Of a stretch of DNA of 64,000 nt, positions 17,976 to 27,483 are shown one piece after another; the first letter of the stretch is position 1, and each line of letters starts with the position of its first letter. The stretch lies in the NCBI GenBank assembly GCA_903924855.1, contig CAIYCW010000042.1, positions 2,464-66,463 of the forward strand. The letters are read 5' to 3'. Under the pieces are notes generated by a model, which worked only from the letters and a program-made list of their open reading frames with translations, was not told where the DNA came from and made no database searches. The stretch comes from an uncultured Rhodospirillales bacterium. Lineage in GTDB: Bacteria; Pseudomonadota; Alphaproteobacteria; Acetobacterales; Acetobacteraceae. The position numbers and the translations under genes were made by a program.

Positions 17976-19421
17976 TCACAACACGCCCTGTAACACATGG
18001 GGGTGCGGTGGCTCGGTGTCACCCAGGCTCCAGCCCCCGCCAAGCGCCTTGTAAAGGGCGACCAGCGCCTGGAAACGGGCCAGGCGCACCTGGGCCAACG
18101 TGTCGAGATCGTTGAACAGCGTGCTCTGTGCCTGCAGCGCGGTCACGATATCGCTGGTCCCCGCCAGCACCTGGGCGCGCGCAATGTCGGAGGCGCGCTG
18201 GGCCACCGCGACCGCATCGCGTTCCAGCGTCTCCTGCTCGGTGGTGAAGCGATACTGCGTCAGCGCGTCCTCCACATCGGTGAAGGCCTGCGCCACCGTC
18301 TTGCGATAGCTGGCCACCAACTCGTCGCGCTTGGCCTGATCAAGATCGAACGTCGCCTGCTTGCTGCCATTGTCGAACAGGGTCTGGGTGGCGGAGCTTG
18401 CCGCATTGGCCAGGATCGAGGTCGGCCCGAACAGCGCGCCCAGTGCCGCGCTCTGCCAGCCGCCCTGCGCGGTCAGTTCGATCTGCGGATAGAATTCAGC
18501 GCGTGCCTCGCGCAGATTTGCCTCCGCCGCCGCCAGATTGGCCTCGGCGTTGGCAATATCCGGCCGTCGCGCCAGCAGGGCGGATGGCAGGCCCGGCGCC
18601 ACTTCCGGCAGATCAAGGCTGTTCAGCGTGCCCGGCGCCACATGGATGCTCTCAGGCACCGTCCCGATCAGCACCGCCAGCGCGTTGATCTGGGTCTGCG
18701 CGTTGTTGCGCAGGCTGGGGATCTGCGCCCGGATGCCGGCCACCAGGGCCGCCTGCTGCGCAACGTCCAGATCCGAAACCGTGCCGGCATCGCGCCTGGC
18801 CACGATGGCGCGCAGAATCTCCTCCGCATCGCCCAGATTGCGCTGCGCCACCGCAAGCCGGTCCTGGTAGGCGAGGGCCGTGAACCAGGTGGTGGCAATC
18901 GAGCTCACCGTGGTCAGCGCCACGGTCTGGGCGTCGTAGCGGCTGGCCAGCGCCGACGCCTCGGCCGAATCGCGCAGCGCCTGCAGCCGCCCCCACACAT
19001 CCACCTCATAGCTCGCCGATGCGGTCAGCTCGCTGCTGCGGCTGTCCGTGTAGCCGGAGCTGCCGACCAGCCGGCTGCGTGACGACACGTAGGACGTGCT
19101 CCATTTCTGCGTTCCGGTGGCGCTCACCGCAGGCAGCAGCGCCGCCCCCGAGATGCGCAGCTGCGCATCGGCCTGGCGGATCTTGGCGATGGCCACCGCG
19201 ATGTCGAAACTGTCAGTCTCGGCGGTGGCGATCAGCCGATCCAGATCGGCGGAGTGAAAGCCACGCCACCAATCCTTTTCCGGCCAGATCGGTGCGGCCG
19301 GCACCTGTTCGCGGAACGCCGCGGGTGTTGGCGGATCGCGGGGGGCGGCATCGGGGCCAAGCGCGCAGCCGGCGAGCAGACCCGCCGCCAGCAGGGAAGG
19401 GATGAAAGACTGCCGGCTCAT
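17976..19421 (-). CDS. Efflux outer-membrane factor lipoprotein, NodT/OprM family
   Basis: Lipobox LLAGC after MSRQSFIPSLLAAG and duplicated OEP/TolC repeats. It is the first gene of the four-gene efflux operon. Confidence 0.8.
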   Translation of the reverse strand: MSRQSFIPSLLAAGLLAGCALGPDAAPRDPPTPAAFREQVPAAPIWPEKDWWRGFHSADLDRLIATAETDSFDIAVAIAKIRQADAQLRISGAALLPAVSATGTQKWSTSYVSSRSRLVGSSGYTDSRSSELTASASYEVDVWGRLQALRDSAEASALASRYDAQTVALTTVSSIATTWFTALAYQDRLAVAQRNLGDAEEILRAIVARRDAGTVSDLDVAQQAALVAGIRAQIPSLRNNAQTQINALAVLIGTVPESIHVAPGTLNSLDLPEVAPGLPSALLARRPDIANAEANLAAAEANLREARAEFYPQIELTAQGGWQSAALGALFGPTSILANAASSATQTLFDNGSKQATFDLDQAKRDELVASYRKTVAQAFTDVEDALTQYRFTTEQETLERDAVAVAQRASDIARAQVLAGTSDIVTALQAQSTLFNDLDTLAQVRLARFQALVALYKALGGGWSLGDTEPPHPHVLQGVL

Positions 19422-19592
19422 GTTGCTTGCAACGCCTGGCCCCAAGGGCAGAGGCGTCACACGGCTCCTTTCATCCTGGTCTCACGGCGATCACCGCATC
19501 TGAACCCGATATAGCCCCCATCCATGTGCGGTGGCATGACGAATTGGTGGACCGGGCGTTATTTTCACACCCGCATCCGTTCCAGCCGGGCC

Positions 19593-20453
19593 TCATCCGA
19601 TCCGGGCGAGAACGGAGGACGCCAGCCGCAGATGCGGCCGGTCGATCATCTGCCCGTCCAGCGTGAACACCCCGGCCTGCGGATGCGCCGTGGCGTGCGC
19701 CATCACCCGCCGTGCCCACTCCACCAACACGGGGTTCGGCGTGAAGGCGGCATTGACGGTCTCGACCTGATCCGGATGGATGCACAGCTTGCCGGTGAAC
19801 CCATCCGAAGCCGCCTGGCCCAACTCGCGCGCAAGCCCGTCCGGATCGCGCGGATCGGGGTAAGGCGTGTCGATCGCAGGCACGCCCGCACTTGCCGCGG
19901 CCAGCAGCAGCTGTGCCCGGCTGGCCGCGATCGGCGCCGGATAGGCGCCCCCCGAAAGGCGCGGCGACATTCCCAGATCGGCCGCCAGATCCTCGGCGCC
20001 AAAACACATCGCCACCACCCGCCCCGCCCCGGAGGCCAGCATGCAGGGCAGCGCCAGCACCGATGCGGTGGTCTCGGTCGCGATCGGCAGCACGCGGATC
20101 GCACCCAAAGCGAGGCCCGCCTGCGTCTCCAGCGCCGCCAGATGATGATCCAGCGCCAGCAGATCGGCGGCAGAGGCGCATTTCGGCAGCATCACCGCAT
20201 CCGGCCGATGCCGGACCAGCTCCGCCAGATCGCTCAGATACCACGCCGTCTCCGGCGCGTTGATGCGCACCACCACGCCAGGCCTGTCGCGTGCCGCCAG
20301 CACATCGGCCACCATCGCCCGCGCCGCCAACTTCTGCGAGGCCGCAACGCTGTCCTCCAGATCAAGGATCACCGCATCCGCCGCCGAGGCCAGCGCCTTT
20401 TCCATCTTCCGCGCCGAATCGCCGGGGGCGAACAACAGGCTGCGCAGTTTCAT
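19593..20453 (-). CDS. HpcH/HpaI aldolase / citrate lyase beta subunit (CitE)-like protein
   Basis: MKLRSLLFAPGDSARKMEKA...DAVILDLEDSVA and the C-terminal KLCIHPDQV are characteristic of CitE/malyl-CoA lyase-like enzymes. Confidence 0.75.
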   Translation of the reverse strand: MKLRSLLFAPGDSARKMEKALASAADAVILDLEDSVAASQKLAARAMVADVLAARDRPGVVVRINAPETAWYLSDLAELVRHRPDAVMLPKCASAADLLALDHHLAALETQAGLALGAIRVLPIATETTASVLALPCMLASGAGRVVAMCFGAEDLAADLGMSPRLSGGAYPAPIAASRAQLLLAAASAGVPAIDTPYPDPRDPDGLARELGQAASDGFTGKLCIHPDQVETVNAAFTPNPVLVEWARRVMAHATAHPQAGVFTLDGQMIDRPHLRLASSVLARIG

Positions 20454-20552
20454 GCGATTTCACTCCGTTTTCGTGTCATTTCACGAAACAATCTTGCGCA
20501 GCCCCGCTTCATATGCAAATCAGGGGTTAACGATAATCGGGAGCAGTCCAGG

Positions 20553-21305
20553 GTGTCCGAACCAATCCTGTCAACACAGGGGCTAACGCGTGAGTTTCGC
20601 GGCTTCGTTGCGGTCAACGGTGTGGACCTGCAGGTCATGCCTGGCAACATTCATGCGCTGATCGGGCCGAACGGGGCGGGCAAGACCACGTGTTTCAATC
20701 TGCTGACCAAATTCCTCGCCCCCACGCGCGGCACCATCCACTTCAAGGGCCGCGACATCACCGGCATGAAACCGGCCGATGTGGCACGCCTTGGCCTGGT
20801 GCGCAGCTTTCAGATCTCGGCCGTCTTCGCCCATCTGACAGCGCTTGAGAATGTCCGCGTCGCCCTGCAGCGCGGCCGTGGCGCCAGCTTCGATTTCTGG
20901 CGCTCGGAGGAGGTGCTGCACAATCTCGACCAGCGTGCCCGCGAGCTGATCGAGGATGTCGGCCTGTCCGAATTCGTCAACACGCCGGCTGTCCAGCTCT
21001 CCTATGGCCGCAAGCGCGCGCTTGAGATCGCCACCACGCTGGCACTCGACCCCGAGATGATGCTGCTCGACGAACCCACCGCCGGCATGACGCATGAGGA
21101 TGTCGAGCGCATCGTGGCCCTGATCCGCCGCATCCGCGCCGGGCGCACCATCCTGATGGTCGAACACAATCTCTCGGTGGTGGAAGGCCTGTGCGACGCC
21201 ATCACCGTGCTCACCCGTGGCCGCGTGCTGGCGGAAGGCGATTACGCCACCGTCTCGCGCCATCCCGAGGTGATCGAAGCCTATCTGGGGTCCGAACATG
21301 TCTGA
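20553..21305 (+). CDS. livG: Branched-chain amino acid ABC transporter ATP-binding protein (LivG-like)
   Basis: Walker A GPNGAGKTT, signature LSYGRKRALE and Walker B LLLDEP. The in-frame GTG start at 20553 was chosen because the long upstream part of ORF 19524.. is antisense to citE. Confidence 0.8.
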   Translation: MSEPILSTQGLTREFRGFVAVNGVDLQVMPGNIHALIGPNGAGKTTCFNLLTKFLAPTRGTIHFKGRDITGMKPADVARLGLVRSFQISAVFAHLTALENVRVALQRGRGASFDFWRSEEVLHNLDQRARELIEDVGLSEFVNTPAVQLSYGRKRALEIATTLALDPEMMLLDEPTAGMTHEDVERIVALIRRIRAGRTILMVEHNLSVVEGLCDAITVLTRGRVLAEGDYATVSRHPEVIEAYLGSEHV

Positions 21306-22002
21306 CACGATGCTGGAGGTGCGCGGCCTCAACGCGTGGTATGGCGAAAGCCACATTCTGCACGGCGTCGATTTCGACGTGAAACCAGGTGAGGTGGTCA
21401 CACTTCTGGGCCGCAACGGGGCGGGCAAGACCACCACGATGAAAAGCATCATGGGGCTGGTGGGCAACCGCACCGGCTCGGTGAAGTTCAACGGCACCGA
21501 GACCATCGGCCTGCGCTCAGACCGCATCGCCCATCTCGGCATCGCCATCTGCCCGGAGGAGCGCGGCATCTTCGCCAGCCTCAACGTCACCGAGAACCTT
21601 ATGCTGCCGCCGGTGATCGCCCCTGGCGGCCTGTCGGTCGCCGAGATCCACGAGCTGTTCCCCAACCTCAAGGAACGCGCCACCAGCCAGGGCACCAAGC
21701 TCTCCGGCGGCGAGCAGCAGATGCTCGCCATCGGCCGCATCCTGCGCACCGGCGCCAAGCTGCTGCTGCTCGACGAGCCGACCGAAGGCCTGGCCCCGGT
21801 CATCGTCCAGCAGATCGGCCGCACCATCCGCGCCATCAAGGAACGCGGCTTCACCGTGCTGCTCGTCGAACAGAATTTCCGTTTCGCCGCCACCGTCGCC
21901 GACCGGCATTACGTGGTGGACCACGGCGTGGTGATCGACATGATCCCCAACGCCGAGCTCGAACAGAACATGGACAAGCTGCACGACTATCTTGGCGTGT
22001 GA
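21298..22002 (+). CDS. livF: Branched-chain amino acid ABC transporter ATP-binding protein (LivF-like)
   Basis: GRNGAGKTT, LSGGEQQMLAIGR and LLLLDEPTEGLAP. An 8-nt overlap links it to livG. Confidence 0.85.
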   Translation: MSDTMLEVRGLNAWYGESHILHGVDFDVKPGEVVTLLGRNGAGKTTTMKSIMGLVGNRTGSVKFNGTETIGLRSDRIAHLGIAICPEERGIFASLNVTENLMLPPVIAPGGLSVAEIHELFPNLKERATSQGTKLSGGEQQMLAIGRILRTGAKLLLLDEPTEGLAPVIVQQIGRTIRAIKERGFTVLLVEQNFRFAATVADRHYVVDHGVVIDMIPNAELEQNMDKLHDYLGV

Positions 22003-22127
22003 GCGGTCATGGATGGCTTGCCTCTTCCAGAGGCAGCCACAAACGTGGTCCCGTGCGGACAGGACCGGAGCCAACCGGTTCGCCTCGCACGAGCGTTGTC
22101 AAAAACAAGAGTATTGAGGAAGACCCC

Positions 22128-23360
22128 ATGGAAATCTCTCGCCGCTCGCTTCTGAACACGGTTGCCACCGGCGCCGCCGTGTCCGCACTCCCGCTGCGCC
22201 GCGCCCGCGCCCAGGCCAAGCCGGTCATCAAGATCGGCGTGCTCAACGACCAGTCCGGCCCCTATCGCGACACCGGCGGCACCACCTCGGTCGTCTGCAC
22301 CAAGCAGGCGGTGGCCGAGTTCGCCTCGCAGATGAGCGGCTACACCGTCGAGGTGATCACCGCCGACCATCAGAACAAGCCGGATGTGGGGGCCGCCATC
22401 GCGCGCCAGTGGTATGACCAGGAGGGCGTCGACATGATCATCGACGTGCCGAATTCCGGCGTGGCGCTGGCGGTGGCCGGTGTCGCCAAGGACAAGAACA
22501 AGGTCCACATCAACTCGGGTGCCGCCACCTCCGACCTCACCGGCGCGCAGTGCAACGCCAACATCGTCCACTGGACCTACGACACCTGGATGCTTGCCCA
22601 GTCCACCGGCGGCGCCACCGTGAAGGCCGGCGGCGACAGCTGGTATTTCATCACCGCCGACTACGCCTTCGGCCACAAGCTGGAAAGCGACACCACCGAC
22701 CTGATCAAGGCCGCCAAGGGCAGCGTCAAAGGCTCCTCCTCCTACCCGTTCCCCGGCACCACCGATTTCTCCTCCTTCCTGCTGCAGGCGCAGTCCTCTG
22801 GCGCCAAGGTGCTCGGTCTCGCCAATGCAGGCGGTGACACCATCAACTCCATCAAGCAGGCCAAGGAATTCGGCCTGACCATGGATATCGCAGCGCTGCT
22901 GATGTTCATCACCGACGTCAACGCGTTGGGTCTGGACGTGGCGGGCGGTCTGCATCTGACCGAGAGCTTCTACTGGGATCTGAACGACAAGACCCGCGCC
23001 TTCACCAAGCGCATCCTGCCGCAATCGCCCGACAACTATCCGAACATGGACCATGCCGGCTGCTATGCCGGCTCGCTGCACTTCATGAAGACGATCAACA
23101 AGATGGGCGTTGCCGCCCCCAAGGCGTCCGGCCGTGACATCGTCACCGCCATGAAGGCGATCCCGACCGAGGATGACTGCTTCGGCAAGGGCTCCATCCG
23201 CGAGGATGGCCGCGGCATGTTCAACTCCTACCTGTTCCAGGTGAAGAAGCCCGCCGAGAGCAAGGGCAAGTGGGACTACTACAAGCTGGTGCAGACCTCG
23301 GAGCCGGCCCAGGCCTGGCGCCCGCTGAACGCCGGCGGCTGCCCGCTGGTCAAGGCCTGA
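22128..23360 (+). CDS. ABC transporter substrate-binding protein (LivK/Peripla_BP_6 family) with a twin-arginine-like signal peptide
   Basis: MEISRRSLLNTVATGAAVSALPLRRARAQAKPVIKIGVLND. The ATG at 22128 was chosen inside the longer ORF 21999... Confidence 0.8.
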   Translation: MEISRRSLLNTVATGAAVSALPLRRARAQAKPVIKIGVLNDQSGPYRDTGGTTSVVCTKQAVAEFASQMSGYTVEVITADHQNKPDVGAAIARQWYDQEGVDMIIDVPNSGVALAVAGVAKDKNKVHINSGAATSDLTGAQCNANIVHWTYDTWMLAQSTGGATVKAGGDSWYFITADYAFGHKLESDTTDLIKAAKGSVKGSSSYPFPGTTDFSSFLLQAQSSGAKVLGLANAGGDTINSIKQAKEFGLTMDIAALLMFITDVNALGLDVAGGLHLTESFYWDLNDKTRAFTKRILPQSPDNYPNMDHAGCYAGSLHFMKTINKMGVAAPKASGRDIVTAMKAIPTEDDCFGKGSIREDGRGMFNSYLFQVKKPAESKGKWDYYKLVQTSEPAQAWRPLNAGGCPLVKA

Positions 23361-23380
23361 TCCTTCCGATTGACACGCAT

Positions 23381-23402
23381 CCCCGGGGCAGCCGCCCCGG
23401 GG
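23381..23402 (+). promoter_or_regulatory. Intra-operon GC-rich hairpin between the binding-protein gene and the permease genes
   Basis: CCCCGGGGC-AGCC-GCCCCGGGG forms a 9-bp perfect stem, 21 nt after the SBP stop and 24 nt before livH. It may act as a partial terminator or mRNA stabiliser. Confidence 0.4.
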
Positions 23403-23425
23403 CACCTTCTGTCTGAAAGACGCGC

Positions 23426-24313
23426 ATGTTGATGCTGTTCGGCTACAATCTCAGTCCCATTCTGGCGCAAAGCGTGCTGGGCATGGTCAATGGCGCCTTC
23501 TACGCGCTGCTGTCGCTTGGCCTTGCGATCATCTTCGGCCTGCTCAACATCATCAATTTCGCCCATGGCGCGCTCTATATGCTGGGCGCCGTGGTGTCCT
23601 ATCTGCTGCTGCATTTCCTGGGCATTGGCTACTGGCCGGCCCTGGTGCTGGCCCCGCTGATCGTCGGTGCCTTCGGCGTGCTGCTCGAACGCACCATGAT
23701 CAACCGCCTCTACAAGCTCGACCATCTCTACGGCCTGCTGCTCACCTTCGGTGTCGCACTGATCCTGGAAGGCATCGTGCGCAACTCGATCGGGTCCTCG
23801 GGTGTGACCTACTCCGTGCCGGAGGCGCTGCGCGGTGCCACCAGGCTTGGCTTCATGATCATGCCGACCTACCGGCTCTGGGTGGTGGTGGCCTCCTTCG
23901 TGATCTGCATCACGACCTGGCTGATCCTGGAGAAAACGCCCATCGGTGCCACGCTGCGCGCTGCGACCGAGAACGCGGCTCTTGTGCAGTCCTTCGGCGT
24001 AAACGTGCCGCGGCTGATCACCCTCACCTATGGCGCGGGGGTGGGGCTTGCGGGTCTGGCCGGCGTGATGGCGGCCCCGGTCTATTCGGTGAACCCCAAC
24101 ATGGGATCGGACGTGATCATCGTCGTCTTCGCCGTCGTGGTGATCGGCGGCATGGGCTCTATCCTGGGCTCCATCCTCACCGGCTTCGGCCTCGGCCTGC
24201 TGGAGGGCCTGACCAAGTCGATCTACCCGGAGGCCTCGGGCGTTGTGGTGTTCGTGCTGATGATCGTGGTGCTGCTCACCCGTCCGGCCGGTCTGTTCGG
24301 AAAGGCTGCCTGA
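23426..24313 (+). CDS. livH: Branched-chain amino acid ABC transporter permease (LivH-like)
   Basis: 295-aa polytopic membrane protein of the BPD_transp_2 family. Confidence 0.85.
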   Translation: MLMLFGYNLSPILAQSVLGMVNGAFYALLSLGLAIIFGLLNIINFAHGALYMLGAVVSYLLLHFLGIGYWPALVLAPLIVGAFGVLLERTMINRLYKLDHLYGLLLTFGVALILEGIVRNSIGSSGVTYSVPEALRGATRLGFMIMPTYRLWVVVASFVICITTWLILEKTPIGATLRAATENAALVQSFGVNVPRLITLTYGAGVGLAGLAGVMAAPVYSVNPNMGSDVIIVVFAVVVIGGMGSILGSILTGFGLGLLEGLTKSIYPEASGVVVFVLMIVVLLTRPAGLFGKAA

Positions 24314-25251
24314 TGTTCTCCCTCGGTTTCACCCGCCCGCAATTGATTGCCCTGGCCGTTATGGTGGCGGTGATCGCGATCGCCCCCATGGCCGTCTATC
24401 CGGTCTTCATGATGAAGATCATGTGCTTCGCGTTGTTCGCCTGCGCCTTCAACCTGCTGATCGGCTATGTCGGGCTGCTGTCCTTCGGCCATGCCGCCTA
24501 TTTCGGCATGGGCTGCTATCTCAGCGCCTACGCCGCCAAACATTGGGGCTTCCCGGCCGAGATCTGCGTGTTGCTCGGCGGCATCGTGGCGGCCGCGATG
24601 GGGGCAGTGTTCGGCGCCATCGCCATCAAACGCCAGGGCATCTATTTCTCGATGATCACCCTGGCTCTTGCTCAGTTCACCTATTTCCTGTGCACCCAGA
24701 TGGCCTTCACCGGCGGCGAGGACGGCATCCAGAACGTGCCGCGTCCCTTCCTGCTGGGCTTTCTGTCGCTGTCCAACGACATGGCGATCTACTGGATGGT
24801 CGCCGTCGTCTTCCTGGTCGGCTTTCTTGCCATCTTCCGCATCATCCATTCCCCGTTCGGCCAGGTGCTGAAGGCGATCCGCGAGAACGAGCCGCGCGCC
24901 ATCTCGCTTGGCTACCGGGTGGATGACTACAAGCTGCTCGCCTTCGTGCTCTCCACCTTCATCGCGGGGGCCGCCGGCGGCATGAAATCCCTGGTGTTCG
25001 GCATCGCCTCGCTGTCGGATGTCACATGGCAGGCCTCGGGCCAGATCGTGCTGACCAATCTGCTGGGCGGCATGGGCACGGTGTTCGGCCCGGTGGTGGG
25101 GGCGGTGATCATCAACACGCTGGAATTCTATCTCAGCCCGTTCGGCTCCTGGGTCACCATCACCCAAGGGCTGATCTTCGTCGCCTGCGTCATGGTGTTC
25201 CGCCGCGGCGTGATCGGCGAACTTGGTGCCAGGTTCAAGGTCGCGCTGTGA
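24313..25251 (+). CDS. livM: Branched-chain amino acid ABC transporter permease (LivM-like)
   Basis: 312-aa polytopic membrane protein. TGATG stop/start overlap with livH. Confidence 0.85.
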   Translation: MFSLGFTRPQLIALAVMVAVIAIAPMAVYPVFMMKIMCFALFACAFNLLIGYVGLLSFGHAAYFGMGCYLSAYAAKHWGFPAEICVLLGGIVAAAMGAVFGAIAIKRQGIYFSMITLALAQFTYFLCTQMAFTGGEDGIQNVPRPFLLGFLSLSNDMAIYWMVAVVFLVGFLAIFRIIHSPFGQVLKAIRENEPRAISLGYRVDDYKLLAFVLSTFIAGAAGGMKSLVFGIASLSDVTWQASGQIVLTNLLGGMGTVFGPVVGAVIINTLEFYLSPFGSWVTITQGLIFVACVMVFRRGVIGELGARFKVAL

Positions 25252-25254
25252 GGC

Positions 25255-25385
25255 AGAAAGGCCTTCTTTTCTGAAGAAAAGAAGCAAAAGACTTTCAAGC
25301 ATTGGGCCCGCCTCGTCGCAGCAGGCGCGCTCAAGCGTTTGAAAGTTTTTTGGTTCTTTTCTTCAAAAAAGAACGCCTTGCCTTG
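25255..25385. repeat. REP/MITE-like palindromic intergenic element, copy 2 (with an extra hairpin)
   Basis: Hairpins CTTCTTTTC/GAAAAGAAG (25263-25284) and GTTCTTTT/AAAAGAAC (25353-25374). Positions 25342-25384 match 5908-5950 at 40/43. It lies between the convergent livM and dcp. Confidence 0.55.
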
Positions 25386-25396
25386 CCCAGATCGCC

Positions 25397-27415
25397 CTAC
25401 ACCAACCCGCGCTGGCGCATCAACGGCCCGGTCTGTGGCGCATGGCCGGCAAAGGCCTGATACAGCTCCATCGGATCACGGCTGTCACCCGAGGACAGCA
25501 CCCCCCGCAGCTTCGCAGCCAGATCGGCGTCGAACAAATCGCCCTTCTGCTCGAAGGCATCGAACCCGTCCGCATCGAGCACCTCCGCCCATTGATAGGC
25601 GTAGTAGCTGGCGGCATAGCCACCACCTGCGAAGAGATGCTGGAAATGCGCAGCCCGGTGGCGCGGGCCGATCTCATGCGGCAGCCCGAGCCGTGCCAGA
25701 GTCTCGTGCTCGAAGGCGCACACATCCAGGCTTGCCGGGTCGGGATGGCGGTGCAGCTCCAGATCCAGAATGGCGGATGCGGTATATTCCGTGGTGGCAA
25801 AGCCCTGGTTGAAGGTCTGCGCCGCCAGCAGCCGCGCGATCAGATCATCGGGGATCGCAGCCCCCGTCTCATGATGGCGCGCAAACCGGCGCAGCGTGTC
25901 CGGGGCTGCGATCCAGTGCTCCATGATCTGCGATGGAAACTCCACGAAATCCCGCCGCACCGATGTCCCTGCCTGCGACGGGTAGCGCACCTGGCTCAGC
26001 AGCCCGTGCAGCGCATGGCCGAATTCGTGAAACAGCGTCTCGGCATCATCAAAGCTCAGCAGCGTCGGGTTGGACTTCGCAAAATTGTTCACGTTGACGA
26101 TGATCGGCGACACCGGGCCATCCAGCGCCTCCTGATCGCGGAACGCACTCATCCAGGCACCCGAGCGCTTGCCCACCCGTGCAAACGGGTCGGAGACGAA
26201 CAGCCCCACATGGCGGCCCTCCTCCTGCACCTCGAACACCGCGACATCCGGGTGATAGGGCGCGATATCCGGGCAGGGCACGAAATCCAGGTTGAACAGC
26301 CGGCGTGCCGTCTCGAACGCGGCCGCCTGGATGTTCTCGAACACGAAATACGGCTTCAGCTCCGCCTCATCGATGGCAAAGCGTGCCCGCCTGACGCGCT
26401 CGGCGTAATACGCCCAGTCCCACGGCTCCAGCCTGGTGTTCAGCCCGTCCGCGCGTGCCTCCTCGGCCAGCATCTCCCGCTCGGCTTCCGCCTTGCGCAA
26501 CGCCTGCGGCCACACCTCATCGGCGAGCCTGCGCGCCGCGGCGGGCGAACCCGCCATCGAATCGGCCAGCCGGAACTCGGCGAAATCGGCATAGCCCAGC
26601 AGCTGTGCCTGCTCGCGGCGCAGGCTCAATATCTCCGGGATCAGCTGTGTGTTGTCATGCGCCCCCGGATGCGTGCCGCGCGCCACCCAGGCGCGATGCA
26701 CCGCCTCGCGCAGGTCACGCCGTGGGGAGCATTTCAGGAACGGGTCGATCAACGAGCGCGACAGCGTGACGCAATACCCCGCACGCCCGCGTGCGGATGC
26801 CGCCTCGCGCGCACCCTCGCGCACGAAATCCGGCAGACCCACCAGATCGGCCTCGGCCAGATCCAGCGCCCAATCCTCCTCGTCATGCAGCACGTTCTGC
26901 CCGAATTCGGTGTGCAGCACCGCAAGCCTGGCCGCGATCTCCTCCATCCGGCTGCGAGCCGCCCCATCCAGGGCCGCGCCCTTGCGCACGAAATTCAGCT
27001 GCTTGCGCTCCAGCAGCCGCATCTGCACCGCATCCAAACCCAGCTGCTCGCGCTGCGCGTACAGCGCCGCCACACGGGCGAACAGCCCGGCATGCAGCCC
27101 CACATAGGAGCTGTGCTGCGCCATGATCGGCGCCAGCTCCCGCTCCACCGCCCGGGTCGCGTCGCTGCCATGGGCCGAGCAGAGATTGTAGAACACCCCT
27201 GCCACCTGACCCAGCATCCGCCCCGAGCGTTCCAGCGCCTCGATCGTGTTGGCGAAGCTGGGCGGCTCGGCGGAGCCTGCGATCGCCTCGATCTCCGCCC
27301 GATGGCGTGCCATCGCCTCGGTGAAGGCCGGCATGTAATGCTCGACCTTGATCTGGTCGAAGGGGGGAATGCCGTGCCTGGTTGTCCAGGTCTTGAAGAA
27401 GGGGTTGTCTGTCAT
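25397..27415 (-). CDS. dcp: M3 family metallopeptidase, peptidyl-dipeptidase Dcp
   Basis: 672 aa with the zinc motif HEFGHALH and overall M3A architecture. Confidence 0.85.
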   Translation of the reverse strand: MTDNPFFKTWTTRHGIPPFDQIKVEHYMPAFTEAMARHRAEIEAIAGSAEPPSFANTIEALERSGRMLGQVAGVFYNLCSAHGSDATRAVERELAPIMAQHSSYVGLHAGLFARVAALYAQREQLGLDAVQMRLLERKQLNFVRKGAALDGAARSRMEEIAARLAVLHTEFGQNVLHDEEDWALDLAEADLVGLPDFVREGAREAASARGRAGYCVTLSRSLIDPFLKCSPRRDLREAVHRAWVARGTHPGAHDNTQLIPEILSLRREQAQLLGYADFAEFRLADSMAGSPAAARRLADEVWPQALRKAEAEREMLAEEARADGLNTRLEPWDWAYYAERVRRARFAIDEAELKPYFVFENIQAAAFETARRLFNLDFVPCPDIAPYHPDVAVFEVQEEGRHVGLFVSDPFARVGKRSGAWMSAFRDQEALDGPVSPIIVNVNNFAKSNPTLLSFDDAETLFHEFGHALHGLLSQVRYPSQAGTSVRRDFVEFPSQIMEHWIAAPDTLRRFARHHETGAAIPDDLIARLLAAQTFNQGFATTEYTASAILDLELHRHPDPASLDVCAFEHETLARLGLPHEIGPRHRAAHFQHLFAGGGYAASYYAYQWAEVLDADGFDAFEQKGDLFDADLAAKLRGVLSSGDSRDPMELYQAFAGHAPQTGPLMRQRGLV

Positions 27416-27483
27416 GGCGGCATGATGCGCGCGGCGGCCTATGCGTCAAGTGAGGTAACATCAATGTCGATATCATTTTAAAC

